A stretch of DNA of 64,000 nucleotides from Candidatus Magasanikiibacteriota bacterium (GCA_041675185.1 JBAYUH010000001.1:10869-74868), one strand, 5' to 3'. Shown: positions 9,692 to 19,610, counted from the stretch's first letter. Program-made: numbers and translations. The notes: generated from the sequence alone by a model not told the origin.

Positions 9692-10500
9692 AAATTTTTA
9701 TTCTTTATTTTGTTTATAATTTTTAATCCGCCAAGAAAAACAACAAAATATTTCAAAAACCATTTTGAACGTCCTAAAAAATAATTTGGATAAAAAAATT
9801 TATGTTTCTTTATCAATTGTAAATTGGCTTTTATTTGTCGCAAATTATTTTTCTGTGTTTCACCTTTTTCATTTAGCAAATAACCAACACTATATTCTGA
9901 TATATTGGCTAGTTTATACTTTTCACCCATACGTAACCACAAACCATAATCTTCAGCATACTTTTCTCCCATATCATAATTACCACACTCCAGACTAGCA
10001 TCTTTTCTAAACAAAACACTGGAATGAACAAAACAACTTTTTATTAACATTTTAGTTTTTATTTCTGAAAAATTTGTCGGATGTACTATGTTGAAAAGAT
10101 TTTCATTTCCAATATTATAAACTTTGGCCCAAGTACCTACCAAAGCGTAATTCAAATTATTATCCAAAAAATCCACTTGCTTTTGCAACTTATCTTTGTC
10201 TAGCCACCAATCATCACTATCTATTCTAGCAATATACTCACCTTTGGCAATTTCAATACCTTTGTTTAAGTTAAATATTAAACCTTGGTTTTCTTCATTT
10301 TTTATATAAATAATTCTTTTATCATCAAAAAATTTTATTTTTTCTTCTGTATTATCACTACTATTATCGTTTATAATAATAAATTCAAAATCAACAAAAG
10401 ACTGAAACAAAACACTTTCAACAGCTTTTGTTATAAATTCAGCATTATTGTAAGTTGACATGATTATGGATACTTTTGGCATATTTATAATCTTATCCAA
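9688..10500 (-). CDS. Glycosyltransferase family 2
   Basis: VSIIMSTYNNAEFI...IIINDNSSDNT...RIDSDDWW (DxD/DSDD) motifs. Confidence 0.8.
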   Translation of the reverse strand: MDKIINMPKVSIIMSTYNNAEFITKAVESVLFQSFVDFEFIIINDNSSDNTEEKIKFFDDKRIIYIKNEENQGLIFNLNKGIEIAKGEYIARIDSDDWWLDKDKLQKQVDFLDNNLNYALVGTWAKVYNIGNENLFNIVHPTNFSEIKTKMLIKSCFVHSSVLFRKDASLECGNYDMGEKYAEDYGLWLRMGEKYKLANISEYSVGYLLNEKGETQKNNLRQIKANLQLIKKHKFFYPNYFLGRSKWFLKYFVVFLGGLKIINKIKNKNL

Positions 10501-11276
10501 TCTTTTGGAACTATATCACTCTTATTATTAACCTGATTGTTATTAAACCACTTTTTAGGAGCTATGACAATCTTATCTTTATTTTCATTGAGCCAAGCTC
10601 CCCACCAACTAAAACTACTATTAGCAATAATGTTGTGTTGACATTTACTCATAAGAATCAATTCTTCATAATCTTTTATGTCTTCACTAGAAACAAAAAA
10701 CAAATTATCTAATTTCAAATTTTCTTTTACCCAAGATATGTCATCAGAAAATACAAATATTTTTATCTCTCCAATTTTTTCTTTCAAATATTTTATAGCT
10801 CTTTCATAATAATTCAAATCACAAACACCGTGATAATCATTTGTTTTAATATCAGAAACATAGTCGCCACGACGAATGTGTAGGGAAACAGAATTTCTAT
10901 TATGCAAAATTTCTTGTTCAAATTTGCTAGCACTTTCACTCATTTCATTTTTTAGAGTAAATTCTTTTCTAACAACATCTTCAATATTTCTAAAATATTT
11001 TTCACTTTGAAAATATTCTTCAACATTAAACCCTAATATCCTTTTTATTTTATTTACAAAATCAAAAAAAACATTTTTCTTATTTACAAATTTAACTTTT
11101 TTATCTATATTAAAATTGCACAATTTAAAATCTCTAGCAACATCATGTTTGGCTTTGTTGTTTTCAAAAAATGAAATATCAAAAACAACTTTCTTACCAG
11201 AAAATTCCAGACTCCTACCGTGAGCATATTGGAACATTTGATTACCGAGACCACCTTTTAGTTTCAAAACTATCAT
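10485..11276 (-). CDS. Alpha-1,2-fucosyltransferase, glycosyltransferase family 11 (FutC/WbnK-like)
   Basis: MIVLKLKGGLGNQMFQYA N-terminal motif, HIRRGDY, and C-terminal CQHNIIANSSFSWWGAWL. These are the three hallmark GT11 motifs shared with H. pylori FutC. Confidence 0.85.
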   Translation of the reverse strand: MIVLKLKGGLGNQMFQYAHGRSLEFSGKKVVFDISFFENNKAKHDVARDFKLCNFNIDKKVKFVNKKNVFFDFVNKIKRILGFNVEEYFQSEKYFRNIEDVVRKEFTLKNEMSESASKFEQEILHNRNSVSLHIRRGDYVSDIKTNDYHGVCDLNYYERAIKYLKEKIGEIKIFVFSDDISWVKENLKLDNLFFVSSEDIKDYEELILMSKCQHNIIANSSFSWWGAWLNENKDKIVIAPKKWFNNNQVNNKSDIVPKDWIRL

Positions 11277-11280
11277 AAAA

Positions 11281-12321
11281 TTAAGAAATTATTTTCTTTC
11301 TACCACCCAAAAATATAATGTCCAAAATAGACACTTTTCTCAAAAAAAATCTTGATATAACGATTGAACAAAATAATGATGTCACAACTGAAAACAATAT
11401 CAAAAACATATTACTTCCCAAACGTAACAAAAAATAAAAATGCAAAACATAAATATCCAAAGAGTATGAGCTCAACCATTTCAAAAAATTAAATATAATA
11501 TTTTTCTTCAATATATTGATAATAAAATATGAAAAACCAATACCTGAAAATGCAGTTAAAATAATAAAAGCAAAAGCCAACAATTGAGGAATATAAAATG
11601 ATTGATTAAAATTAACAAAACCAAAAATTTTTTCTAAAAAGAAATAATGATTCGTACGATGCCACAGAGAAACTAAAATGGGGAATAAAACAAGAGAAAC
11701 AAGGCTTAAGTGAAATAAATATTTTTTAAAAAAATTAGCAAATACTCTTGACAGATAGCCAATAAAAAAATATATACTATGCCATTTCAACAAACCAATT
11801 CCTAAAAATCTATACGGTGACAATTCTATTAATAGAATTAATAAAAAATAAGAAACTATACCTATTTTTTTCTCTAATTTTATAGCAACCAAAAGACAGC
11901 AAAAATTTAAAAATAATACCCACAAAAACCACAATCCAAAATCTGGAGAAAAAAATAATTTCATCCAATATGCCCAAAATCCTGTAAAATGATAGGCACC
12001 TTTTATAAAATAATCTAAAAAATACCACGCTAAAAATGGTACAACTAAACAAAGAAATTTTTTTCTAACAAAAGTAAACGATGGCAATTTTAAGATATTG
12101 AAAGCTACAAAACCACTCAAAAACATAAACAACGGCATGTGAAAAGAATAAATTATACGAAAAAATATATTATTATCAAAATCCAATAAATTAATCTGTA
12201 ATGCGTGACCAACTACTACCAAAATTATTGCAAAACCTTTTAGAGCATCAACAAGAGCAATCCTTGAGTTATTTACCTGCCCTTCAACAGAAGTATTATT
12301 TTGAAAACCAAATAAAGACAT
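11281..12321 (-). CDS. Acyltransferase-3 family integral membrane protein (putative polysaccharide O-acetyltransferase)
   Basis: 346-aa polytopic membrane protein. It has an N-terminal VVVGHALQI region typical of the OafA/WecH acyltransferase_3 family. Confidence 0.5.
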   Translation of the reverse strand: MSLFGFQNNTSVEGQVNNSRIALVDALKGFAIILVVVGHALQINLLDFDNNIFFRIIYSFHMPLFMFLSGFVAFNILKLPSFTFVRKKFLCLVVPFLAWYFLDYFIKGAYHFTGFWAYWMKLFFSPDFGLWFLWVLFLNFCCLLVAIKLEKKIGIVSYFLLILLIELSPYRFLGIGLLKWHSIYFFIGYLSRVFANFFKKYLFHLSLVSLVLFPILVSLWHRTNHYFFLEKIFGFVNFNQSFYIPQLLAFAFIILTAFSGIGFSYFIINILKKNIIFNFLKWLSSYSLDIYVLHFYFLLRLGSNMFLILFSVVTSLFCSIVISRFFLRKVSILDIIFLGGRKKIIS

Positions 12322-12334
12322 AAACTTCTATTAG

Positions 12335-13117
12335 TTAATATTTAAATTTTTTAATTATTTTTTTTAGATTACTAACAATTAATCGCATCTCTAATTTATT
12401 TCTCAATTTAAAATGACCACCTAATTTTGTTTTATCTTTTATTAAAATTTTCCGTTCAAATGGTATGTCAAAATCTTCAGGATACAAATAAGCTGGTGTA
12501 AGTATTTTGACAATATGTAAATTATTATTCAAATAACAATTCCAATGAGATTCATCGTGCCAAACAGCAGTGATATTATTACTAAAATCTTTTTTGATAT
12601 TATTACTCATTACTTCCATAGATTCTATAAAATCTTTTGATCGTCCACCATTTATACCTCCAGCAAAATAATATGCACCTTGCCCCTTAGGAATGAAAGC
12701 TGATGATCTTGAATTTCTCTCGTAAGTAAAGCTATCCACTTTTTTATCATAATAACCAGGATGTAGGCAGGCAACTAATTTTTCTTGGCCAACTGGTACA
12801 AATTCATCAGCAATAATCTTTTCCAAAAATTGTAAATTAGCATTAAAAAAGAATAGAAAATCAAAACTTTTTAAAGTCTCTTTTAATTTCAAAAACATTT
12901 CATATCTTCTCAATGTATTCCCTGGCCACCCTAAATTTTCTTGAGGTACTCTGTGTATTCTTGAATTTTCACTCTCAAATTCGATACTTTCACTATCCGT
13001 AAAAACAAAATAGTGTTTTTCAGCATCAGAAATAAAATATTTTTCACAACTCAAATAAAAATCTTTCCAAAAAAGATTGTATTTACCTGTGCAAATATAT
13101 AATATACCTATCTTCAT
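12335..13117 (-). CDS. Glycosyltransferase family 6 (ABO blood-group A/B transferase / alpha-1,3-Gal(NAc) transferase homologue, bacterial NxN type)
   Basis: The sequence aligns by eye to the human GTA/GTB catalytic core: LHPGYY..FTYERN.RSSAFIPKGQGAYYFAGG..GG...AVWHDESHWNCYL...KILTPAYLYPE. The FFFNANL motif replaces the eukaryotic DVD motif, as in Bacteroides/E. coli O86 GT6 enzymes. Confidence 0.85.
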   Translation of the reverse strand: MKIGILYICTGKYNLFWKDFYLSCEKYFISDAEKHYFVFTDSESIEFESENSRIHRVPQENLGWPGNTLRRYEMFLKLKETLKSFDFLFFFNANLQFLEKIIADEFVPVGQEKLVACLHPGYYDKKVDSFTYERNSRSSAFIPKGQGAYYFAGGINGGRSKDFIESMEVMSNNIKKDFSNNITAVWHDESHWNCYLNNNLHIVKILTPAYLYPEDFDIPFERKILIKDKTKLGGHFKLRNKLEMRLIVSNLKKIIKKFKY

Positions 13118-13144
13118 ATGAGTTACATTTTAACAAATTCTACC

Positions 13145-13957
13145 TTATTTGGGAAACCAACTCTTAATTACTTTCCTAATATTGATTATTGGTTTTAATA
13201 AAATAAAACAAAAAACAAATTCCAAAAAATATTGTTTCTTATATTTCTTAAAAATTCCAGCTATTTCTAATTTACCTCTTTCCGATTGTAATCCAGAAAC
13301 GGTCGCACCATGAGCTCGATAAACAGACAGAAAATTTTTAACAAACAAAAACTTTTCTTTTTTTAACAACCTAAACCATAACTCATAATCCATTACCACT
13401 TTTAAATTTTCTAAAAACAATCCTCTTCGTTCAAAAACTTCTTTTTTAATAAAAGTGGAAGGATGAGGAATTCCATTTCTAAAAAATAAATAAGATTCTA
13501 TAAATTTACAAAATAACCAAAAAACAAATTTATTTTTAGGCCAAATTGAATGGAAACCATCATCTTTTTTATATAAACAGTTTCCAACTACAATCATTGC
13601 ACTGCTATTGCTAAATTTCTTATATACCAAAGACAAAACATGATCATCAAAAAAATAATCATCACTATGCAAATGAACAAGTATTTCTCCATTTGCATAC
13701 TTTATACCTGTATTCATTGCACGCGATATCCCTTCTGGTTTTTCCTGAATCAATCTGACAGATTCAGTATGACGCAATTGATATTTTTTTATAATTTCAA
13801 CAGTATGATCAGTGGAAAAAGCATCAATAAAAATATGTTCAAAATTTTTATAATCTTGATTCTCAACAGAATTTATACAATCCTGTAAATATTTTTCACT
13901 ATTGTAAGTGCAAGTGATGACTGTAAATTTAAATTTATTATTTTGATTATTAAACAT
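13145..13957 (-). CDS. Glycosyltransferase family 2
   Basis: FTVITCTYNSEKYL...HIFIDAFSTDHT...HSDDYF motifs. Confidence 0.75.
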   Translation of the reverse strand: MFNNQNNKFKFTVITCTYNSEKYLQDCINSVENQDYKNFEHIFIDAFSTDHTVEIIKKYQLRHTESVRLIQEKPEGISRAMNTGIKYANGEILVHLHSDDYFFDDHVLSLVYKKFSNSSAMIVVGNCLYKKDDGFHSIWPKNKFVFWLFCKFIESYLFFRNGIPHPSTFIKKEVFERRGLFLENLKVVMDYELWFRLLKKEKFLFVKNFLSVYRAHGATVSGLQSERGKLEIAGIFKKYKKQYFLEFVFCFILLKPIINIRKVIKSWFPK

Positions 13958-13959
13958 AT

Positions 13960-14760
13960 CTAAACTTTTTTGTTTGTCTCAGGAATTATATAAGATAACC
14001 AAAAATTTTTATCATGCTTAGCCCATGCGTGACAGCCAAAAGGAAGTTGATAATTATTCCTTTCAAAACAATATTTTGGTCCTGTCTCAAAAGCAAATTT
14101 CAAACCTGTGTCTACATCTGGAATTTTAAAATCAGGCACAAAATTTTTAGCCTCAAAAGACCAATAATAATCCTCTGCCAACAAACTGCGATGTGAGGTA
14201 GAACGGGACCAAATTTCTTTGAAACCCCTTAACCACGATTTCAAACTTCTAATTTTTACTAAAGAAACTAGTTGTTTTAAAAACTTAAAACTAGTAACCA
14301 ATAATGGTTCATTTGATTTTTCAATAACTTCAAGGGCTTTAGATACGTTACGTAAAGAAAAACCGCCATTACCACAGGCATCCTCATGACTGTAGGCTGG
14401 AATCTGTGATTTAAACCAAGGAGCACCAACATAATCATATCCTTTTTCACACCACTCATTTAATTGATCAGAAAAAACTAAAACATCAAATTGATAAATC
14501 AATATATATTCATACTCAGAAAATTTTTGATAAAATTCTTTTTTTAGCATTAATTTAGAATACGTCATTACACTTTTAAAATATTTTTTTGGAAAGAATA
14601 CAGTCGGAAATTTATGATAATTTAAATCTGTTAATCCATCTGGGGCCATATAAAAAATATCATAACTACCCAAAAAATGTAACAAATGACGCAAAGATAT
14701 TTTTTCGTCTTCATTCAAATCTTTTTTATAAGTTGGTACTACAATAGCAACTTTTTTCAT
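13960..14760 (-). CDS. Putative glycosyltransferase-like protein (DUF5672-like)
   Basis: MKKVAIVVPTYKK...EYILIYQFD...GYDYVGAPW. This N-terminal pattern occurs in uncharacterised proteins of polysaccharide loci. The family assignment is made from memory. Confidence 0.35.
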   Translation of the reverse strand: MKKVAIVVPTYKKDLNEDEKISLRHLLHFLGSYDIFYMAPDGLTDLNYHKFPTVFFPKKYFKSVMTYSKLMLKKEFYQKFSEYEYILIYQFDVLVFSDQLNEWCEKGYDYVGAPWFKSQIPAYSHEDACGNGGFSLRNVSKALEVIEKSNEPLLVTSFKFLKQLVSLVKIRSLKSWLRGFKEIWSRSTSHRSLLAEDYYWSFEAKNFVPDFKIPDVDTGLKFAFETGPKYCFERNNYQLPFGCHAWAKHDKNFWLSYIIPETNKKV

Positions 14761-16295
14761 ATTATATTTAATTTATTTATTAAATAATCTCTATATTCTT
14801 TACTAAAAATTTCTTCTTCTTTAATATTTTTTATTTTAAATAACAAATGATTATATATTTCTTCTACAGATGGTGCAACTGATTGATTAGACTTCAAATC
14901 ACTAAACAAAGGCATATCTATCTGACCATAATTATTATACACATACATATATATTTTTGCACGCTTTACAGTTTCTTCAGACAAACGATTAAATTCATTA
15001 TGCAATAATATATCTTCATATTCTTTTATACTTTTTGGTGTAATACAAAAATTACCCTCATCAAACATTGATCTGCCAGCTGTAATAACTGGTACACCAA
15101 TACAAGAATATTCACCAGCCACAGTACCGCGCATAGTTAACACTGCATCAATACTATCAACTAAATTAGCAGTAAGAGTATTGGAAGGAAACAGTCTAAT
15201 ATTATCAAAATGAGCAAAATCTTCGTACACAGTAATAGAACTACTTTTTGTTTTATATGAACTATCCGAAGGATGTGGTTTGATAACCCACAAAACATCT
15301 TTGCGTTTTGATGCTATTTTCAAAGTTTCTCTTAACCAAGTTTCGTAATCTGGAAATAATCCTTCACGATAACCATGCACTGCGTCTACGAATACATGAG
15401 AAAAAATAAAAACATGATATTTATATTTTTTATCAAAAAATTTATGATAATCATTTTCATCAAGTTTCTTAGCTTTACTATAGGCATTTTTTGCATTCCA
15501 ATCATAATCGTCAACAATTCCACCAAATAAATTAGTGATATATACGTCAGTCCACTTTAAAGCAACTTCAAAATTATCTTTTGAGATTTTTTGAAAATCA
15601 TCTTGATCTGGATGTGCAAGAAATAAATCAAGGTCACTAACTTTGGAATACTTTTTATAAGATACTTTGTTTGGACCAAACTTTCTATATAAAATCTTTA
15701 TATTGTGTTTCAAAGCTACTAATGAAGCTATCCCTGACCCAACATATATCTGTTCAGAACCTAAAAAAAATATATACTTTCTTTGAGAAAAAATTTTTTC
15801 AAATCTTGTATATAGTATCAATCCAAAACGTAAATATTTTGTAAAACGAATGTCCCACCATTTAACAGTACCTACTCCCGTAGAAGCTAAAAAAGTATCG
15901 TAAACAAAATGACCAATTATATTACCCTTATATTTAATATTCAACAATTTATTTTTAGTACGAGCAAATAACCAAGATATAACAGCTCTAAAAGATAACC
16001 ACAATTTAATTAAAAAAGAAACTTCAAAATCATCAATATAAACAAAATCAGTTATACCATAACTTTTTGCCAAAGATATTATTCCTAATTCATGTGATGA
16101 AGAAATCAAAGCAACTGGTTTGGCTTTCAAAATGTCAACCAAAGCTCTCATAGTAATCAAATGAACGTTGAGATACTCATGATCCACAACAGTCAAATCA
16201 ATTAAAAAAGAAGTATTATAATCAGGAATTTTAGACCAAAAATTATTGTTAATATCCAAAAAATCTTTTGGAGCAAAAAATGTTTTATTTATCAT
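14757..16295 (-). CDS. Putative capsule/teichoic-acid-type polymer biosynthesis protein (KpsS/TagF-like phosphotransferase or glycosyltransferase)
   Basis: 512 aa. C-terminal LWVIKPHPSD...TMRGTVAGEYSCIGVPVI resembles the HP-motif catalytic region of Capsule_synth/Glyphos_transf families. It overlaps the LicD gene by 4 bp. Confidence 0.3.
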   Translation of the reverse strand: MINKTFFAPKDFLDINNNFWSKIPDYNTSFLIDLTVVDHEYLNVHLITMRALVDILKAKPVALISSSHELGIISLAKSYGITDFVYIDDFEVSFLIKLWLSFRAVISWLFARTKNKLLNIKYKGNIIGHFVYDTFLASTGVGTVKWWDIRFTKYLRFGLILYTRFEKIFSQRKYIFFLGSEQIYVGSGIASLVALKHNIKILYRKFGPNKVSYKKYSKVSDLDLFLAHPDQDDFQKISKDNFEVALKWTDVYITNLFGGIVDDYDWNAKNAYSKAKKLDENDYHKFFDKKYKYHVFIFSHVFVDAVHGYREGLFPDYETWLRETLKIASKRKDVLWVIKPHPSDSSYKTKSSSITVYEDFAHFDNIRLFPSNTLTANLVDSIDAVLTMRGTVAGEYSCIGVPVITAGRSMFDEGNFCITPKSIKEYEDILLHNEFNRLSEETVKRAKIYMYVYNNYGQIDMPLFSDLKSNQSVAPSVEEIYNHLLFKIKNIKEEEIFSKEYRDYLINKLNII

Positions 16296-16999
16296 ATTTT
16301 TTTAATATACTTACAATACAAAGGATATAAATAATGAAAAGACCAAAAAACTGGATCAAATCTTTTATGAATAATATGGCAGTCTTCTTTCCAGTCACCT
16401 TTCGATTTGTTTGGTATCTTCCAAGTTGGACCATAAATACTACTTAAATAATTTTCTGGAGATGAAGGTAATGAAAAATTGTATCCAAAAAATTTAATAT
16501 AACTTTTCTCTTTCAGTAAATCAACGGGTAATTTCAAAACATAGCCCTGCTCACAATAAGTAACAACTTTATCATTCTTTTTAAACCAAAAAACCACATC
16601 TAAAGGAATATTATTTTGAGACAAAAAAACTAATTGTTGTATTTTTTTTCCATAAAAAACCTTCATTCTTAATTTCATACCAATCGATTCTAATACATTG
16701 ATTAACAAATCATAGTCAGTGTAACCAAATAAATCAATATCAAGATCATTGTCATGAGAAATAAGTCTATTTTCTCTACAAATACCCAAAGCTGTACCCC
16801 AACCTAAAGAATAAGGAATTTTATATTCATCCAACGCTTTACAACATTTTTTCAATGTATCCACGCCAAATTCTAACAAAGAACCATATTCATCAGACTC
16901 CAAAACACCCTCAACTTTATATAAATTAATTTTTTTATTATAAAAATTCCAAATTCTTTGTACCATCATTTTAAGAACACTCATAACTCTCATCTTCAT
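16292..16999 (-). CDS. LicD-family phosphotransferase (phosphocholine/phospho-alcohol transferase, fukutin-like)
   Basis: YSLGWGTALGICRENRLISHDNDLDIDLF matches the LicD core (GTLLGAxR...D.DID). Confidence 0.6.
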   Translation of the reverse strand: MKMRVMSVLKMMVQRIWNFYNKKINLYKVEGVLESDEYGSLLEFGVDTLKKCCKALDEYKIPYSLGWGTALGICRENRLISHDNDLDIDLFGYTDYDLLINVLESIGMKLRMKVFYGKKIQQLVFLSQNNIPLDVVFWFKKNDKVVTYCEQGYVLKLPVDLLKEKSYIKFFGYNFSLPSSPENYLSSIYGPTWKIPNKSKGDWKEDCHIIHKRFDPVFWSFHYLYPLYCKYIKKI

Positions 17000-17008
17000 A
17001 CTTTTTAG

Positions 17009-17722
17009 TTATTTTTTGAAATAAAAATTAAATCTCCATTGAGCATTTACATATCCTGGTATGTCCTGATCAAAAATTTCAAATTCCAAATTATTTTCTA
17101 TGGCAAAATTTTCAAACCAAGTTTTATCATAATAAATTTGTGATAAATCTTTATATCGTCTTTCATACTCCTCATTACCTAATTCTTCACGACGTTTTTT
17201 TTCAGCATAATCTTTTTTTGACAAATCATTTATGTCTAATATCAAACACTCACCACCTTTTTTTAATACACTTAATATTTCAAGTAATGTTTCTTTAGCA
17301 TAATCCAAATCTAAAAAATAATGAAATACACTATTACACAACACTATATTACAAGATTCTCTTTCCAATGGCAACTTATTTGCTTGTGCACATACAAAAT
17401 TTGCTTTTGGCATATTTTTTTTTGCAATCTCCAAAAGACCAGTAGAATAATCTATACCTATAATTTTGTAATTGTTTAATCCATAGAAAGGATACAAAAG
17501 AGCTCCTGCTCCACAACCGATATCAACTACACTATCACCATTTTTAAAATTAATTTTTTGTTTAATAAGTTCAATCATCATGTTCCACTTCTGTTCATCC
17601 ATACTACCATGACCAGTATCAAAACCATCAAGTGCAATCAAATCAACCAATTCTTTTTTCTGATCAGTTTGACTAATCTTATTTAGACCTTTCTTATTCC
17701 AAATTTCATACCATGTAGACAT
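17009..17722 (-). CDS. Class I SAM-dependent methyltransferase
   Basis: Motif I VVDIGCGAGALLYPF. 237 aa, small-molecule MTase size. Confidence 0.75.
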   Translation of the reverse strand: MSTWYEIWNKKGLNKISQTDQKKELVDLIALDGFDTGHGSMDEQKWNMMIELIKQKINFKNGDSVVDIGCGAGALLYPFYGLNNYKIIGIDYSTGLLEIAKKNMPKANFVCAQANKLPLERESCNIVLCNSVFHYFLDLDYAKETLLEILSVLKKGGECLILDINDLSKKDYAEKKRREELGNEEYERRYKDLSQIYYDKTWFENFAIENNLEFEIFDQDIPGYVNAQWRFNFYFKK

Positions 17723-17732
17723 ATACTTTGAT

Positions 17733-19529
17733 TTATACTATATTTTTTAGACAAGTAATTAATTTATCATTTTCAGACTGAGTACGGACAGCAATACGAA
17801 TATATTTTTTGTCCTCTAGACCTCTCTTATTACTGCAATCTTTAATCAAAATATTGTCTCTCACAAAAAGTTTATCACGCAATTCATCACTTTTAATTTT
17901 TCCATCTAAAATACAAAAAATATAGTTAGTTTCAGAGTTAAGTACTTTGAAATAAGGTATTTCCTCCAGACGTTTGAGTAAATATTTACGATCTTCTCTT
18001 ACTTTAATCAATGATTCTTTATGTTCCTTGCGATATTTTGGCAATATTTCCAAAATATATTCCGCGATAGAATTTACATTCCATATTGGCAAATAGCTCC
18101 TCAGTAAATTGTTAAATTTAACATTGACAGATACTACATATCCAAGACGTACACCCAAAATACCGAGTTCCTTTCCCAAACTATGAACAATTACTAAATT
18201 AGGATAATTCTTAAATACCTTTTCCAAAGATTGATCCTCCTCTGAAACAAATCCTATAAAAGATTCATCCACTATTATTAATTCCAAATCCTTAAGTGTT
18301 TCTAAAAACATTTTTACTTCTTCTATTCTAGAAAATTTACCCGTTGGATTATTCGGATTGATCAATAAAGCCACATCACAATTTTCTTTTTTAATGGCTT
18401 TAGCATAATCTTCTAAATTCAAATTAAAATCATTTGGAGCTGTATCAAAATAAAATAATTGTTCAGATTTCAAACCACTTTCATATTCATTGAAAGTAGG
18501 AAGCGGAATGGCAATTTTTTTTATAAAATGAGTATTGATAATTCTAATAATCTCCGAAACACCATTACCAACTGTCAAATATTCAGACTCAATACCTGTC
18601 CAGTTTGCCAAATTCTTAGACAATTCTTTTTGACAAGATGGATAATTAGTCAATAACTTATCCAAATTAACCCTAACATCATTCAACAATGCCACTGGAG
18701 GAAAGTACAGATTATACAAATAAGAAAAATCAGTAAAATCATAACGCCAGTAACCACCGTGTGCAGATTCAGCTTTTTTTAACCTAACCAATGGATCTGC
18801 AAACAAAATTTCCGCTTTCTTCAAATCACTAAAATCATCAATTTCTAACCACTTTATATCATTTATCACTGTGGCATACAAGATTGGATTACGCATACTT
18901 ATAAACACTGACAACAATAATTCATAATATTTATTTGTACTTTGAGTCTTTATATACAAATCTAGATTTGGTAAAAAATATTTTTGTAAAAAATCTTTGG
19001 TAAATAAATAGATGTTAACTGTTTTATATTTATCACTATAATCAAAATTTATACCCTGATCCTCTGAGGTTATAAGTCTTTTGATTTCTCCTTTATCATT
19101 TATTTCTACTACAGTACCATCCATACCAGCCTTAAAATGGTCTACCACGACTCTATTCTCCAAATTTTGCGTGAGTAGTCTATTGATCAAAGCTTCTTCA
19201 AAATATATATCACATTCCATCAAAATGGTATCTTCATCCAAAACTTCATGTGCCATCCACAAAGAATATATGTTATTTGTTCTAGCATATTCCTCATTCA
19301 TTATATAGTTAATTTCCATCCCTTTCCAATTGTTACCAACTTTTTCTTTTATTACATCTCCAAGATAACCCAAAACTATATGGGTCTTTTTTATGCCCTG
19401 ATGTTGTAATATATCTAAGGCATTAAATAAAATTGGTTTACCATTTACTTCTACCAATGCTTTTGGAATTTTAGCAGATAATGGACGTAATCTATTACCC
19501 ATACCTGCCGCTAATATCAATGCTTGCAT
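17733..19529 (-). CDS. Bifunctional protein: N-terminal LicC-like sugar/phospho-alcohol nucleotidyltransferase fused to a C-terminal class I/II PLP-dependent enzyme (CobD / threonine-phosphate decarboxylase / HisC-like)
   Basis: N-terminus MQALILAAGMGNRLRPLSAKIPKALVEVNGKPIL...NNIYSLW resembles S. pneumoniae LicC. C-terminus has NPNNPTG and SLGKELGILGVRLGY (the PLP lysine motif) as in CobD/HisC. Confidence 0.65.
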   Translation of the reverse strand: MQALILAAGMGNRLRPLSAKIPKALVEVNGKPILFNALDILQHQGIKKTHIVLGYLGDVIKEKVGNNWKGMEINYIMNEEYARTNNIYSLWMAHEVLDEDTILMECDIYFEEALINRLLTQNLENRVVVDHFKAGMDGTVVEINDKGEIKRLITSEDQGINFDYSDKYKTVNIYLFTKDFLQKYFLPNLDLYIKTQSTNKYYELLLSVFISMRNPILYATVINDIKWLEIDDFSDLKKAEILFADPLVRLKKAESAHGGYWRYDFTDFSYLYNLYFPPVALLNDVRVNLDKLLTNYPSCQKELSKNLANWTGIESEYLTVGNGVSEIIRIINTHFIKKIAIPLPTFNEYESGLKSEQLFYFDTAPNDFNLNLEDYAKAIKKENCDVALLINPNNPTGKFSRIEEVKMFLETLKDLELIIVDESFIGFVSEEDQSLEKVFKNYPNLVIVHSLGKELGILGVRLGYVVSVNVKFNNLLRSYLPIWNVNSIAEYILEILPKYRKEHKESLIKVREDRKYLLKRLEEIPYFKVLNSETNYIFCILDGKIKSDELRDKLFVRDNILIKDCSNKRGLEDKKYIRIAVRTQSENDKLITCLKNIV

Positions 19530-19610
19530 ATAAATAAATCTTATTATTCAAATAAACAAACTAATCACTAATAAAAACTGCAATAGTTACTAGAAATATT
19601 TTAACTAAAA

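Noticed and set aside
11810-12052. 80-aa minus-strand ORF nested in the acyltransferase gene, and other nested ORFs (14014-14196, 14277-14459, 20390-20671, 24877-25065, 62645-62893)
   Set aside because: They are out-of-frame overlaps within longer ORFs that have clear family signatures.
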